Virus record (IMG/VR): IMGVR_UViG_3300033073_001572
Location: 10,418-74,417 of that record
Source: a virus
Taxonomy: Duplodnaviria; Caudoviricetes
Length of the DNA: 64,000 bases
Strand: one strand, 5' to 3'
Shown here one piece after another: positions 34,303 through 45,478 of this stretch. Positions within the stretch are counted from its first letter, which is position 1. Every line of letters starts with the position of its first letter. The notes beneath the pieces were generated by a model, which saw nothing but the letters and a program-made list of their open reading frames with translations, searched no databases and was not told where the DNA came from. The position numbers and the translations under genes were made by a program.

Positions 34303-36556
34303 CAGAATCTCTTTTAACCACAGGTTGAGCGAGGTTTGCTCTCATAATAACATTCAGATTTTCATCATGTAAATTAATGCCTGTTATGTACACGAACCTA
34401 TCTTCTCTCTCACTCACAAGCTCAGAAGCAGGAAATGCTTCGTATGTTGGATTCGATGAAGAATTTATCAGACCTGCTGGGCAAGGAATATTGACAACCA
34501 TGACAGGTGTCGTTTGTTCACCCTTGAATGAAAGTGTCATTTGATCTTTTGCAAAAAATGCCAATGAAGGACTTGATAAAATTGCTACACCTTCATTGTA
34601 GAAGACATTGCCGACACTCGACCACTTGGCGGGTCGTGTTAGCGAATCAGCACGATACAACGATCCCTGGCCATCGTCAACAATTGTTAAGGAAACATTC
34701 CCATCAGACCCAGTGATGTTATTGTCAGTTATCTTAAATGTTCCTGGAAGAATTCTGTTACCGTAACCTAAGTTAGAAATATCAAATATGACTACCTGAT
34801 TAGAACTTGGATCTTTAAATCTCTGTGCCAGAGTTAACCCTGGTCCGATTGCTTTTGTTAGATCAGTAGGTGATGCACCTCCAATGCTAGCAAGATCGCC
34901 GGGTAAACCCTTGAAATACTTGTCTGTGGCGACTTCTCTCATTGAGATGATTGAGTGATCAATGCAAGAAAGATCGTCTACGAAGTATGAACCAGATTGA
35001 TTCGAAATAACACTAAAGTCGGGTTTTATTAGACCATTATCGTTTGGCAAGATTGTCAAATTACGCTTGACGACTTTGTAGTCTGTGTAAAGAATGTCGT
35101 TTGCCGTCTCATTTAACACATAACCCGTATAGATCGAGCCTGTCAGATTGAACAGGCGGGGATACTGATCCGATGCGTAATCTTTTGTGAAATTTTCAAG
35201 ATTAATGTAGAAACCATTGACGCCATACGACATGTCGACGTTGAATGGGCTTGTCGTTGTTGATCGTCTAGATTGGAATGGGGTAACAAGCGTCTCTCTG
35301 ACTGGTGATTCCATCGAAAAGACAGGAGGAACATAAAGCGCAAGATCTGGATCAGAAACTGACGATGCTGTTGATGTATTCACAAGGTCTAGGTCGCTTA
35401 AGAACCTACGGTAGATTTTCAAATCGTGAATTTCAGCTTGAAGAGGATTGCTAAACTGGAATCCTATAGGATCTTCTGTGTATGCTGGAAAAGACGTGAT
35501 TCCTTCATCGTAAGCAACCTGCGAATTAAAGAATTTGCCGTTAAAATCAGGACCTTGAAAGTAGTTTCCAATAACAAGAGCTTCTGACTTATTATATGAA
35601 GCAATTGAACTTGATGGGACACAAAACTTTGTCTCTGACGTGTCGATTATTATACTTCCAGTTCCGTAACTTCTAGATGCGCCGCCCCAGCGAATAGTGA
35701 CGCGATGCCATGTATTATGTGTTAAAGAATTGTCCTCAGAGATAAATGCTAAATCGAGTGGATTTGATGCACCTGACTCAACTGCTGGGATTGAAATCTG
35801 ACTGGGTGGGATATCTGCGCTGTGGCTGAGTTGCAGAAGGATCCTAAATTTATCTGTATTCTGGTTTTGATCTTTGCTGGAACCTGTGACTAGTGAAACG
35901 GCGAATGTTGATGACAGGTGCATGATTGTGCCTGCATCAAAATCGCTTCCTGATTTTGCCAGATATCTCGGATTAAGAAAGAAATCAATGCTAAATGCAC
36001 CGTCAGGTGTATATTGACGCCCGCTTGCCGTTGTCGAATTAGGATAGATTAAGGCAACATCGTTTGGAATATCGCTTGAAGAAAAGAAGTTGAGCGTATG
36101 ATAATTTCCACAAGAAAAGTCACACTTTGAAAATCCATGCCTGTAATAGGGCATGAGATTATCTTTAATCTCCTTCTTTAGGAGAAATGGGCTTCCATTG
36201 TCATTTGAAAAATTGACAGGTTGTGAATATCTGACAGGTGAAAATGAAATTGTGTTGATCTGCGTTTGTGTCTGCTGATTGACGAAACCAAGATATGAAT
36301 TTAAATCACCAGATACATCCAGAATGCCTGCATTGACTTTTTTTGATGCGTCCTTAAGGTAACCGTCAATTGAATTTAAAGTCCCTTCTGCAAAAACTGA
36401 AGTGGTCGGATTGATTTTCTTGATAAAGCTGCTTGGTCTCACAACCAGCGGTATGGAGCCCGTGACACCCAACGACGATGAAATGAAGTTGCGCTGTGGG
36501 TGCAGCGCAAGCGTCACATTTTCAATCAGGTCTTTTGTGATGGGTATGAATGCCAT
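34268..36556 (-). CDS. Baseplate/tail structural protein with a LamG-like domain and tail-collar-like C-terminus
   Basis: 762 aa: FSIDFFLNP, WHRVTIRW, IHDLKIYRR (LamG-like); C-terminal YITGINLHDENLNVIMRANLAQPV..FMFRIKFDF. Confidence 0.6.
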   Translation of the reverse strand: MAFIPITKDLIENVTLALHPQRNFISSSLGVTGSIPLVVRPSSFIKKINPTTSVFAEGTLNSIDGYLKDASKKVNAGILDVSGDLNSYLGFVNQQTQTQINTISFSPVRYSQPVNFSNDNGSPFLLKKEIKDNLMPYYRHGFSKCDFSCGNYHTLNFFSSSDIPNDVALIYPNSTTASGRQYTPDGAFSIDFFLNPRYLAKSGSDFDAGTIMHLSSTFAVSLVTGSSKDQNQNTDKFRILLQLSHSADIPPSQISIPAVESGASNPLDLAFISEDNSLTHNTWHRVTIRWGGASRSYGTGSIIIDTSETKFCVPSSSIASYNKSEALVIGNYFQGPDFNGKFFNSQVAYDEGITSFPAYTEDPIGFQFSNPLQAEIHDLKIYRRFLSDLDLVNTSTASSVSDPDLALYVPPVFSMESPVRETLVTPFQSRRSTTTSPFNVDMSYGVNGFYINLENFTKDYASDQYPRLFNLTGSIYTGYVLNETANDILYTDYKVVKRNLTILPNDNGLIKPDFSVISNQSGSYFVDDLSCIDHSIISMREVATDKYFKGLPGDLASIGGASPTDLTKAIGPGLTLAQRFKDPSSNQVVIFDISNLGYGNRILPGTFKITDNNITGSDGNVSLTIVDDGQGSLYRADSLTRPAKWSSVGNVFYNEGVAILSSPSLAFFAKDQMTLSFKGEQTTPVMVVNIPCPAGLINSSSNPTYEAFPASELVSEREDRFVYITGINLHDENLNVIMRANLAQPVVKRDSDEFMFRIKFDF

Positions 36557-36563
36557 GCATTAA

Positions 36564-37790
36564 CTAGAAGTCTAATCTAACACGGAATGTTAGGTCGCGT
36601 TCGTCATTCTTCTCAATGGGTCTCGACAACTTGGCAACTGCGAGTAAGTCACCAGCTGCATTGTAAAGACCGATCGTTGTCACAAATGAGAATGAGCGCT
36701 GTGTGCCCTCTTCTCCAAGGTCAATGACTCTAATGCGCCCAGTATCATCTGTGAAGGTGGGATTTGTTGAGTAGTTAAACTCATCTGCAGTTGCTCGACA
36801 GAATGCAAGCGTCGAGTTGATATTAGTGATATTCTGAAATGTCATCGCCGTCAACGACCCAGAGTTAAATCTGACGTTACCAAAGTGGCTGACAATATCA
36901 TCAATAGATCCTGAAGTGAAAAAGTCAGGAATAAATGTCGCAGATGGGTTAGAACTTGGAAAACCCGATGTACCCATAAGCGTCTGATTTGTAAGTGCGG
37001 GTGTAATAGAGCCCGTAACTGCTTCAATAGTTCCCGAGCAGAATCCATCTGCTTCAATGATCTTCTTTGCATCCAGGACAATGACACCAGAATCGTAGAA
37101 TATTAGACCTACATTCTCTGCAGTGTTTGATGCATTGACGATATTACCGACTTGACCACCGTATGATACCTCAATTGACGAAGCTGCCCCGATATCTGAG
37201 AAGATTACTGGTCCGTTTGTTGTTGGTGCTGAAATAGTGGGTACACTCGGAGAAGTCGATGCTGTTGTGTAAATCTGTGTTGCAAATGTCTCGGGCTTGA
37301 TCTTGTCTCTTGCAAAGAGGCGTTTAAAGGAGATGAAAAGAGCTTCATCAATAAGATCGTTAGTTGTACCGCCAGTAAATGGTGATTTGAACTGTAAGCT
37401 TGCATCACCAAGTAGAATTTGAGCAAACTCTTGGTAGTTTGCAATCTTCTCTCTCATCATCAACGATGACGAAGGAAATAGAAGTTTTCCTAGATCATCC
37501 ACAGAAGGCCCAACTGCAGCAACCGTTGCAGATCCAGAGAAAAGACCAACTGTCATATCGAGAACTGGGTTTGCTGTCGCAAGAGTAAAGTTTTGGTCAT
37601 AAACAGTCTGAAATAGGCCGCCTGTAACTGCGTATGTTGTCGTCGCATCTTGACTTGAAGTAACGAAGACTTCATACTGTCTACGTGTCGAAGATCCGCT
37701 AATGCTCTCTTGCAGAACGTCAATAAGCTGGTTTAGATACGACGTTGACGTCTTGATATCAGATGGATCTAATGTTTTAAAGAATGCCAT
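36564..37790 (-). CDS. Baseplate/tail structural protein, paralogous C-terminal domain
   Basis: 408 aa: EFNYSTNPTF..FVTTIGLYNAAGDLLAVAKLSRPIEK..LTFRVRLDF. Confidence 0.65.
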   Translation of the reverse strand: MAFFKTLDPSDIKTSTSYLNQLIDVLQESISGSSTRRQYEVFVTSSQDATTTYAVTGGLFQTVYDQNFTLATANPVLDMTVGLFSGSATVAAVGPSVDDLGKLLFPSSSLMMREKIANYQEFAQILLGDASLQFKSPFTGGTTNDLIDEALFISFKRLFARDKIKPETFATQIYTTASTSPSVPTISAPTTNGPVIFSDIGAASSIEVSYGGQVGNIVNASNTAENVGLIFYDSGVIVLDAKKIIEADGFCSGTIEAVTGSITPALTNQTLMGTSGFPSSNPSATFIPDFFTSGSIDDIVSHFGNVRFNSGSLTAMTFQNITNINSTLAFCRATADEFNYSTNPTFTDDTGRIRVIDLGEEGTQRSFSFVTTIGLYNAAGDLLAVAKLSRPIEKNDERDLTFRVRLDF

Positions 37791-37812
37791 TTTAGTAAGT
37801 TCCTATTGATGA

Positions 37813-38505
37813 TCAGGCGGTGATTCTGACTTCGATGTCTTTTGAGATTCCTGAATTTCTACCAATGATCCTCATATACGTCTTAATGTATTGACCGCTT
37901 GAGAAGGCAGAGTATGCATCAAATGTTGCTGTCGGAATTGAGTTTGCTCGAAGCGTAAAGTTTGCTGTAGGAGATCCAGATGCAATCTCGTATCGTGCCG
38001 TATTGAGCGTGGGATTGCTAGCAAGTGATTCGCTATTTACAGGCGTCTGGTTAAGGATCGAAAGGAACAGTCGATTGACAAATACGACGTAGAGATTGTC
38101 AGTAATTTCGCTAGGAATCTGAGCTGAACCTTCTTGGATCGTTTGTGTCAAATTGATGTTTGTATTTGACTGTCTTGAAATTGTGATATAATTTGTAGTT
38201 GCAAGTTTTCCTGCATTCACAGAAAGGACAGGCAAATACACCTGATTTGGGTTTGAAAGCGAGATTAAATTGCTTCTAAGTGATAGCGATGTATTCCGCA
38301 GCGCCTCGAACACGGGTGTATTCTTCTCGATCTTTTCACGACCGACTGTCTGACCATACTGCTCAATAATTCCGTAGTTGACCTCGTCGTCCCCTAGTGA
38401 AAAGCTATAGATCGAAAAGTCACCACGTGCTAAATACTGTGATCCAACTGATGTGACAACTGCATCAACTTCAACATTTGTCGTATCTTGTCTTAGAATG
38501 CCCAT
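37813..38505 (-). CDS. Baseplate structural protein (230 aa)
   Basis: N-terminal VDAVVTSVGSQYLARGDFSIYSFSLGDDEVNY, paralogous to 45479..46426. SD AGGA. Confidence 0.6.
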   Translation of the reverse strand: MGILRQDTTNVEVDAVVTSVGSQYLARGDFSIYSFSLGDDEVNYGIIEQYGQTVGREKIEKNTPVFEALRNTSLSLRSNLISLSNPNQVYLPVLSVNAGKLATTNYITISRQSNTNINLTQTIQEGSAQIPSEITDNLYVVFVNRLFLSILNQTPVNSESLASNPTLNTARYEIASGSPTANFTLRANSIPTATFDAYSAFSSGQYIKTYMRIIGRNSGISKDIEVRITA

Positions 38506-38523
38506 TTTGATTGTCCTACTTTC

Positions 38524-38531
38524 TAATTATT
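38524..38531 (-). promoter_or_regulatory. Putative late promoter (AATAATTA)
   Basis: DATANTTA motif in a 48-bp intergenic gap. Confidence 0.55.
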
Positions 38532-38553
38532 TACAATAATTTCGCACATTAAA

Positions 38554-40359
38554 CTAGATAACCTGAGTATAAATTTTTCCTTCTGAGGCCGGTATTTTCT
38601 GGACGATCTTATTGTTAGTCATTTTAATATCTATCATCTGCTCTTGTGCCAAATTAGTTTCAAGTATATGAATCTTATACGCGGGTTTCTTGTCGTTGAA
38701 TGAGATGTGACCTAAGCTATCACCTTTGTTATCAAGCAAATCTGTGTATGAAGGATCAAAATAAACCGTCATTTTTGAATGTCCCGAATCTTTTATAAGA
38801 TCAGGGAAGAAGTCTGACGTAAGAAGTAGATTTGGATAAGGCTTTGGAGCACCAGGTCTACTGATTGATTTTACTATCAAGCGCTCCGTATAGAGATCTA
38901 AACTTACTTCAAATTGTGATGAATAATTTGAGCTTAGACCATGTGCGTCAACAGATGCTATTGCATAAATGTATTTTGACCTAAGATTGAATCCTCTATC
39001 TACGTAAAATGTGGTTGGATACCTTTTTATAGCAACCTTCCAGTCTGGAACGTTTTCTTTTGATGATGCTTTTGAGAATGAATCATCAAAATCTAACTCG
39101 CAAAGAAGTTCGAATGGCTCATAAACTGTTTTACGACGAAAGACCTGGAATTTCTTGATGTCACGTTGAGGGTTTAGAGGAAATCTCCATCCAACAAACA
39201 AAGAACCATCAGCCTCTGACTTGAAATAAAGATCCTCGGGTGGTTTTGGGGGTGCGACCTCTACACAATCAACGTCAATATTTGATCCTGCAGTTGCAAA
39301 AAGCATATCTACTTTGGCGATTCCTGCGCCTCTTCCTGTGACATCTTGCGCTGCTACATATGTCGTAACGTTATACACGGCTCTTACCTGATAGGAATAC
39401 ATTCCTCCGTAACGCACGCCTTCGTCAAGAAGATAAGTCGTTCCTGTATTGAAAATAAGATCGTCATATATCTTTAGAGAACCATCTACTTGCTGCGATA
39501 TTTTTTGGACTACGTAACCAATAAGTGAAAACTCCATATTGGGAATGTTTTCAAACGCGCCTGGTTTTGTTACACTGATTCTGTCTGTAGGGATCGTATA
39601 ATCATAGTAATCGCTTAGAATCTTGAGCGGTGTTGATGATTGTCTTGATTTCTCTTGAATTGCTAGAGTGCTATCAAGAACAGAAGCAAACTCATCGGAA
39701 AATATTGACATTTGCGATGTTGAAACTTGTCGTGTAACATCATCAATAAAGCAATTGTTAATTGAAATACTTGTCCAAAATGCTCTAACATCTTTAAGAA
39801 ATTGTGTTTTTTCTTCTGACCTAACGTCTGTTTTTGCATAAGCAAATCCAGCAGACTGAATGTTACCTAGTGAGTTAAAGATAACAGATTTAGGGTTTAT
39901 GGTAGTTGCCGACGTATTAACGCCTGTTTCAAGCATGTCTCCTGCAACAGGTGTCGATGAGGAGAAAATTAAAGATGCAGAAGAAATTTGATAACACCGA
40001 TTATCAACAAGAGTGTCTGCAACTTCAATTGATGAAAAATTTAAATTGAATGGACTATTTTCATAAATGATTTTTTCTCCCGCCTTTATCCTCTTAGAAA
40101 GAGGTGGAAGATCTCTCGGTGGATTACCAGGTTGAGGAGCATTAAAATCTATTCTGATGTATCTTGGTGCTTTAGCAATTCTTGATTCGAAGTATGCGCT
40201 ATCAGTTACACCATCTTCTGGAAAAGTTGAATGCGATTCATTGATCCTCTCATCTGGTGTAAAGTAGTTATAAACAAACTTAGATGAGATAACTTCTGCA
40301 TTCTTGAGACCTGCGATGATTGCAGGTAAAGATGTTAATGTGAAATTCTCAGACATCAT
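38554..40359 (-). CDS. Hypothetical structural protein with probable FN3/Ig-like domains (601 aa)
   Basis: PPKPPEDL..LFVGW..FQVFRRK..YVD..SKYIYAIASVDAHGLSSNYS pattern; also YLLDEGVRYGGMYSYQVRAV. Confidence 0.6.
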   Translation of the reverse strand: MMSENFTLTSLPAIIAGLKNAEVISSKFVYNYFTPDERINESHSTFPEDGVTDSAYFESRIAKAPRYIRIDFNAPQPGNPPRDLPPLSKRIKAGEKIIYENSPFNLNFSSIEVADTLVDNRCYQISSASLIFSSSTPVAGDMLETGVNTSATTINPKSVIFNSLGNIQSAGFAYAKTDVRSEEKTQFLKDVRAFWTSISINNCFIDDVTRQVSTSQMSIFSDEFASVLDSTLAIQEKSRQSSTPLKILSDYYDYTIPTDRISVTKPGAFENIPNMEFSLIGYVVQKISQQVDGSLKIYDDLIFNTGTTYLLDEGVRYGGMYSYQVRAVYNVTTYVAAQDVTGRGAGIAKVDMLFATAGSNIDVDCVEVAPPKPPEDLYFKSEADGSLFVGWRFPLNPQRDIKKFQVFRRKTVYEPFELLCELDFDDSFSKASSKENVPDWKVAIKRYPTTFYVDRGFNLRSKYIYAIASVDAHGLSSNYSSQFEVSLDLYTERLIVKSISRPGAPKPYPNLLLTSDFFPDLIKDSGHSKMTVYFDPSYTDLLDNKGDSLGHISFNDKKPAYKIHILETNLAQEQMIDIKMTNNKIVQKIPASEGKIYTQVI

Positions 40360-43300
40360 CTCGCTCCAAACACGTTCGGCTGGAATGCTGCCGCAATTTC
40401 TGTGACAGACACTCTATTTGTTGCATTTTCAAGTTGACTTGAAAAATCTCTATTTGAGATCGATCGTGAGCGCTCAGGTGGGGGTGTTATCTCTCGATCG
40501 GTTGAAACAGACTCTAGCGACACTAGGACATCAACCAAGTAACCGCTTCTATTTTTTCTTAAAAGATTTGCATCAACAGGTATTGCAACAATCTTGTCAA
40601 ATATAGGACCCGATAGTGATCTTGATATAATTGTGTTTCTTGAAAATTGTATGCTATTAAGGCCTGCTGCAGCGTATCTTGACTGGACCAGATCACTAAA
40701 CCTGTAAGATCTTACTTCGTTTACAAATTTAACTTTTATATCTTTCATCTGCTGTGTATCTAGGTCACCTAAGTCATTTTGAACTGTGACATACCCATCA
40801 AACTTTATACCCAGGAATAACTCAAGATAATTCAGAAGTGAAACAGATTCTAATTCGTTTCGCTTTGATTCTATTGAAAATTGATCATTTGGAGAGAAAT
40901 TAGAATTTGTGTTTAGTTCAAATAGTTGTGTTGCTGCAAGGACACTATCACCACTAGAATTAATTGTGGGTGTATACTTTAACGCTTGATGCTCAATGAA
41001 TCCTGTTGCTGGATAACGTTTTTTAATAATAATATCATCATCCTGTGTCGCATTAATTGTTCTAATTAGGAGAGAAACTTCAATATAGGTTATTTTATTC
41101 TGGTTGAATGCACCTAATCTATCAAGCATTCCGTATGGGATTCCACAGACAACAATAAAGCTATCTTCATCAGTTGGTATTTCGGGATCATCTTGAATAA
41201 AACGCATGAAACCATTCAAAGTCGTTGTTTCTTTGTACATGTCTTTTGAAAAGTACTTAAAATCTGTACTTTGACGTGGAGCGTATCTTGCTTGTCTATT
41301 TAAAGCTTGAACGCTATTGAAGGTGTAGTTGTTAGAAAGTTTTTCTCCAAAAGTTGTCTGATAATCATGCGCAATTTTTGATGCTGTGGCGAGAAGAGTA
41401 TTTGTTTGCATGATATAGCGATAAACAAGATCAACGCTATCATAAAAAACTTGTGTATCTTGTAGCAGAGTTTGCGTTATTGGAAATGAGTACCTAACAA
41501 AGTTTGATAAAACATTGGGACTACTTTCTATGGGAATCGTTAATGATAGAGACTTTTTTAAATCGTCATATAATTCTGATGAATAAGAGAATGATGCAAC
41601 ATAGTAATCATACGTCCCAAAATATTCACTGTTATTGTCGTCTTCCTGTTCTTGATCTTCGGGAGGTACATATGGATCAATTTTTATATCAAAAGGAGTG
41701 TTGACAACAATTGAAAGCCATTTAACTAAATAAAGAAATGCTCTCTGATCTCTATTAAGTGTCAAAAAACCCTTAGATGCGCCAATTTTTGCGCTTAAAG
41801 ATGAAGATTTGTCCCAAGATGTCTTTGATAAATTTGATATTATTTTATTGCTTGATCTTTCTACATTGGCTGCTGCCGTGAAAAAATTATCCCACTGGTG
41901 ACCGTCAGGATTTATTAAATCTCTTTTAATATCGCCTGGAACACCTGGCCCGTATCTTGAACTAAACCTGTAGAAACCTGTAAATGTGTTTCCGCTTCTA
42001 AACGTTCTTCCTAGAGAAGAATTAAATGATTCAAAATCACCTTCAAATGCCTCAAAGTCTTTTAAGTAATCATTGATTGCATTTTCAAGTTCATCATTTA
42101 CCATTGAAAGAAAATCGTCTCTTTCACTTGAAATTACATAATCAAGAGGATTTCTTAGACGATCTCTAAGCATCATAATCTTTATGATCTTAAACAACGA
42201 TCCGGTGAGACCTTTAAGTAAAAATGAAAATCTTAATGCACTTGTTGAATTGTCATTGGTGAAAAATGAACTTTCCATCATTGCATTCATTTGACTTAAA
42301 AAGCCTGCCCAAGATTCTAGATCTTGACCCAAGCTACCATTTTGATTTTTTTCACCGATAAGAACGTCTATTTTTTCTTTTACATTGTCTTCAATGTTTT
42401 TTGAAATTGTAGAAAATTCTTCTGATCTTTGAATCAAAAGTTCTCTATCAGTATTGAGAGGCTTACCAAGAAAGTATTCATCTGCCGATGTATAGCGCTT
42501 CAAGTCTGCCTGATTTTCAACATTAGTATCGATGCACAGAACACTTGTCCCATTATCAACTATGTCTAGCAAACCTGAATATATTCCTGCATTAAATCTT
42601 GCAGAGAGTCTAGATTTTCTATCGAAATTTACAATGTTACCTACTAATTCATTGAAAACAATGTTAGGATCAATTCCATTCTTAGTGTATGTTAAATCTT
42701 TAGAGTCTGCAACAATAAGTGTGTCAACAATCGACGCAAGAGAATCAAAGCTTTCATTCGATTCTCCGCTGTATAGGCCAGAAAAGAATTTATCTTTTGC
42801 ACTTTCATATTGAGTTGAAGTTACAGGAGCCAGAGTCATTGAATCTACTCCTGTATAGTCTATCGTTATGTTCTTACCAAATTTTTTTCTTGCAAAAGCA
42901 TTTCTAAGAATTTGCATAAGCTGTGTGATGTTATACCCACGAATTGACATCTTCAACTCAGATTCAACCCATTGCTTTTTAACATCATGCTCAGTTACAG
43001 AAACTGTTGGAATTAATTCAGGAAATGTTCCTGATCCGTATGAATTATTAAAATCAGAATCAGTCTCTAAATAGTACAAAGATTCTAAGTGAGTCATATA
43101 AGCAGCTTTTGCCTGGTAGGCGGCAGTTATTTTTCCAACTACACTGTTAAAATCTTTGTATTGACTTGTGTCATTAAAAGTTAAAATTTCTTCATCTGAC
43201 AGGCTAGAACCTGACATTTTGTTTATAATGTCGCTAACATTGCTCAGCGTGATTGTGCTAAGATTGCGCTGGATGTTCAGAATTTCAGATTCAGCATTGT

Positions 43301-43529
43301 CAACATCTGTTAATTTTTTAAAAGGAATCGTTGATAAAACAATGGGCATCGATGATGTAATGCCCTTAGAAATGAGATCGCTATCATAAGAGACTTGAGT
43401 TACTTTATAGTAATCATCTCCCGTTGCTCCTGACTGCGTGCTTGCAACAATACCTTGTGATGCCTTGACATCGCGGATAGGCTTAGACCTCAATTCATCT
43501 TTTGAGGTATTAAAATAAATCTGTCTCAT
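40356..43529 (-). CDS. Hypothetical large protein (1057 aa), baseplate region
   Basis: Long ORF with ATGA overlaps to both neighbours; no recognisable motif. Confidence 0.8.
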   Translation of the reverse strand: MRQIYFNTSKDELRSKPIRDVKASQGIVASTQSGATGDDYYKVTQVSYDSDLISKGITSSMPIVLSTIPFKKLTDVDNAESEILNIQRNLSTITLSNVSDIINKMSGSSLSDEEILTFNDTSQYKDFNSVVGKITAAYQAKAAYMTHLESLYYLETDSDFNNSYGSGTFPELIPTVSVTEHDVKKQWVESELKMSIRGYNITQLMQILRNAFARKKFGKNITIDYTGVDSMTLAPVTSTQYESAKDKFFSGLYSGESNESFDSLASIVDTLIVADSKDLTYTKNGIDPNIVFNELVGNIVNFDRKSRLSARFNAGIYSGLLDIVDNGTSVLCIDTNVENQADLKRYTSADEYFLGKPLNTDRELLIQRSEEFSTISKNIEDNVKEKIDVLIGEKNQNGSLGQDLESWAGFLSQMNAMMESSFFTNDNSTSALRFSFLLKGLTGSLFKIIKIMMLRDRLRNPLDYVISSERDDFLSMVNDELENAINDYLKDFEAFEGDFESFNSSLGRTFRSGNTFTGFYRFSSRYGPGVPGDIKRDLINPDGHQWDNFFTAAANVERSSNKIISNLSKTSWDKSSSLSAKIGASKGFLTLNRDQRAFLYLVKWLSIVVNTPFDIKIDPYVPPEDQEQEDDNNSEYFGTYDYYVASFSYSSELYDDLKKSLSLTIPIESSPNVLSNFVRYSFPITQTLLQDTQVFYDSVDLVYRYIMQTNTLLATASKIAHDYQTTFGEKLSNNYTFNSVQALNRQARYAPRQSTDFKYFSKDMYKETTTLNGFMRFIQDDPEIPTDEDSFIVVCGIPYGMLDRLGAFNQNKITYIEVSLLIRTINATQDDDIIIKKRYPATGFIEHQALKYTPTINSSGDSVLAATQLFELNTNSNFSPNDQFSIESKRNELESVSLLNYLELFLGIKFDGYVTVQNDLGDLDTQQMKDIKVKFVNEVRSYRFSDLVQSRYAAAGLNSIQFSRNTIISRSLSGPIFDKIVAIPVDANLLRKNRSGYLVDVLVSLESVSTDREITPPPERSRSISNRDFSSQLENATNRVSVTEIAAAFQPNVFGAR

Positions 43530-45475
43530 ATGTTAGCCTCTATGCTTACAATATCATCATTTCTCATAATACAAGCAATTCTAACTTTAGATACATTCAT
43601 ATCGACAGATGTTGAAATCTCTGTTTGAGACTCATCTACAATAATTCGACAGATGGGTTGACCACCACTAGTTTTTGTGATGTCAAAAATTTCAATTCTA
43701 GACACATCCACAAGGCTTGATGCATTCCAGACAACGATCTTGTCATCTTTCCTCAGTATTTTCCTAATAAATTGTAACTTTGGTGTTGTCATTGAAGGAA
43801 AGCTCTCTACGGTTGCAAATATTGAAGTTTTTCCACTTTCTATGCCAGCTATGTCTGAAGGGAGAGATTTTCCATATCTTAGAGTGCCATATGCTAGCGC
43901 TGATTTATTGAAGAACTTTTGTGTGAAATTCATCTTCGCATTTACATTATTAGAACCCAATACCGAGGGTGAAATCATTGGGTTACCAGGCGTTAGGCCT
44001 GCTCCAGCGATGTAAAAATTTCTTGAAGTCCCAATATCCTCAACAATTTCAGTTGGAGACTTAATCATGACTTCAAAGATATATGCGCAATAGCTTGATC
44101 CTATGAAAGTGTCTATAATTTCACCTGGTTTGAAAATTCCAACTTTTTCTTCTACGCATAAGATGGGATCAACTCTTGTTACAAGAACTCCAATTAAAGG
44201 ATCAAGCTGTGTTGACAAGTTCTTTATTTCGTTGGGATAAATGTTATCAATTCCTAGACCTCGAAGATCATTTAAGAGACTCTGGGTTGCAGTCGTATCT
44301 TTATAAGAAATATTGACAGAGAATTTTCTAGTTATTTGATCATTATTAGATGTTTGACTAACTAGCTTTGCACTAACATTGACAGCTGATTCGAGTATTT
44401 TAGGATGCAAGACATAAGTTGCTGCTGATGTGTGCTGTGTTCCGTCCTTAAACTCAAACAACGCCTTATAGGAATATGTTGTATAAGGCGCAATAAAAGA
44501 GTCTGTGAGAACCACACGATTACCAGAATTTTGCAAACTATCAATAACTCGATATGTTTTTTCACGATGAGTCTTGCTAAGCCTTATTAACTTAATATAG
44601 TTAACATTGTCTGGAATGTTGCTTATCGCAAAATTTGCTATATTTCCCGTGAATTGTAGTGGATAAATTACACATTGCTCGTTATGAATCTTTTCTTTAT
44701 TCAATACAATTTCTTGATATGCAGAATTCGTTAAATTGCGATAAAAAGATGTTGGAACAACTTTAACAATTTTTCTAGTGTCTCCAGAATCAAATATGTC
44801 TACAGACGCGAAACCTTCGTTTGTCACTGGAGCAAGAATTGGTTTTTGATTTTTTTCACTTATATTCTTGTTTCCAGAAGAATTTTGGACATAGACTTTG
44901 AATTTTTGAATTCTTTTATCTTTTGGAGTAATCAAGATTCGGGTTTTATTCTTGAATACGTTAGAAGATCCTAAAACAAAATCAGTGCGTGGCAAAGCAT
45001 AATCAGTAACAAGTTTTTCAAAATCAATATTTGCAACTTGAATCACATTGTTCAGATTATTGCTAACATCAACAATTGATGCATATAAAATTTGTGTACC
45101 CTGGTCTTCTATTGTAAATGACAGACCCTTTCTTAGAAAGTCTTGATATATTAATGAGACTTTTCTAATGGGCGTGATTGTTCTATTGAATTTTTTTAAT
45201 CGTGAAACATCGTAACTTTTAATGAGATTATTGAAATCTTGCACATTTTCAATATTTGCGTTTTTAAACATGTTGGGGCGATTAACTACAGGTGTTTCTC
45301 TAGTAATTTGTATTTCAAAATTTCCTTTAAGAACTGAATTTGGTTCAAGAATGTCTAGTTTGACTTCAACATCAAAGTAATATTTTCCAGAAATGATCTC
45401 ATGATTGACAATAGAGAAAGCATTGGAATCGGTGAATTGAATTGGTCGACTTTTTGCAACAACAACTTTCGCCAT
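43526..45475 (-). CDS. Hypothetical beta-rich protein (649 aa), baseplate region
   Basis: Long coupled ORF; LTDSFIAPYTTYSYKALF is an FN3-like strand pattern. Confidence 0.75.
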   Translation of the reverse strand: MAKVVVAKSRPIQFTDSNAFSIVNHEIISGKYYFDVEVKLDILEPNSVLKGNFEIQITRETPVVNRPNMFKNANIENVQDFNNLIKSYDVSRLKKFNRTITPIRKVSLIYQDFLRKGLSFTIEDQGTQILYASIVDVSNNLNNVIQVANIDFEKLVTDYALPRTDFVLGSSNVFKNKTRILITPKDKRIQKFKVYVQNSSGNKNISEKNQKPILAPVTNEGFASVDIFDSGDTRKIVKVVPTSFYRNLTNSAYQEIVLNKEKIHNEQCVIYPLQFTGNIANFAISNIPDNVNYIKLIRLSKTHREKTYRVIDSLQNSGNRVVLTDSFIAPYTTYSYKALFEFKDGTQHTSAATYVLHPKILESAVNVSAKLVSQTSNNDQITRKFSVNISYKDTTATQSLLNDLRGLGIDNIYPNEIKNLSTQLDPLIGVLVTRVDPILCVEEKVGIFKPGEIIDTFIGSSYCAYIFEVMIKSPTEIVEDIGTSRNFYIAGAGLTPGNPMISPSVLGSNNVNAKMNFTQKFFNKSALAYGTLRYGKSLPSDIAGIESGKTSIFATVESFPSMTTPKLQFIRKILRKDDKIVVWNASSLVDVSRIEIFDITKTSGGQPICRIIVDESQTEISTSVDMNVSKVRIACIMRNDDIVSIEANI

Positions 45476-45478
45476 GAC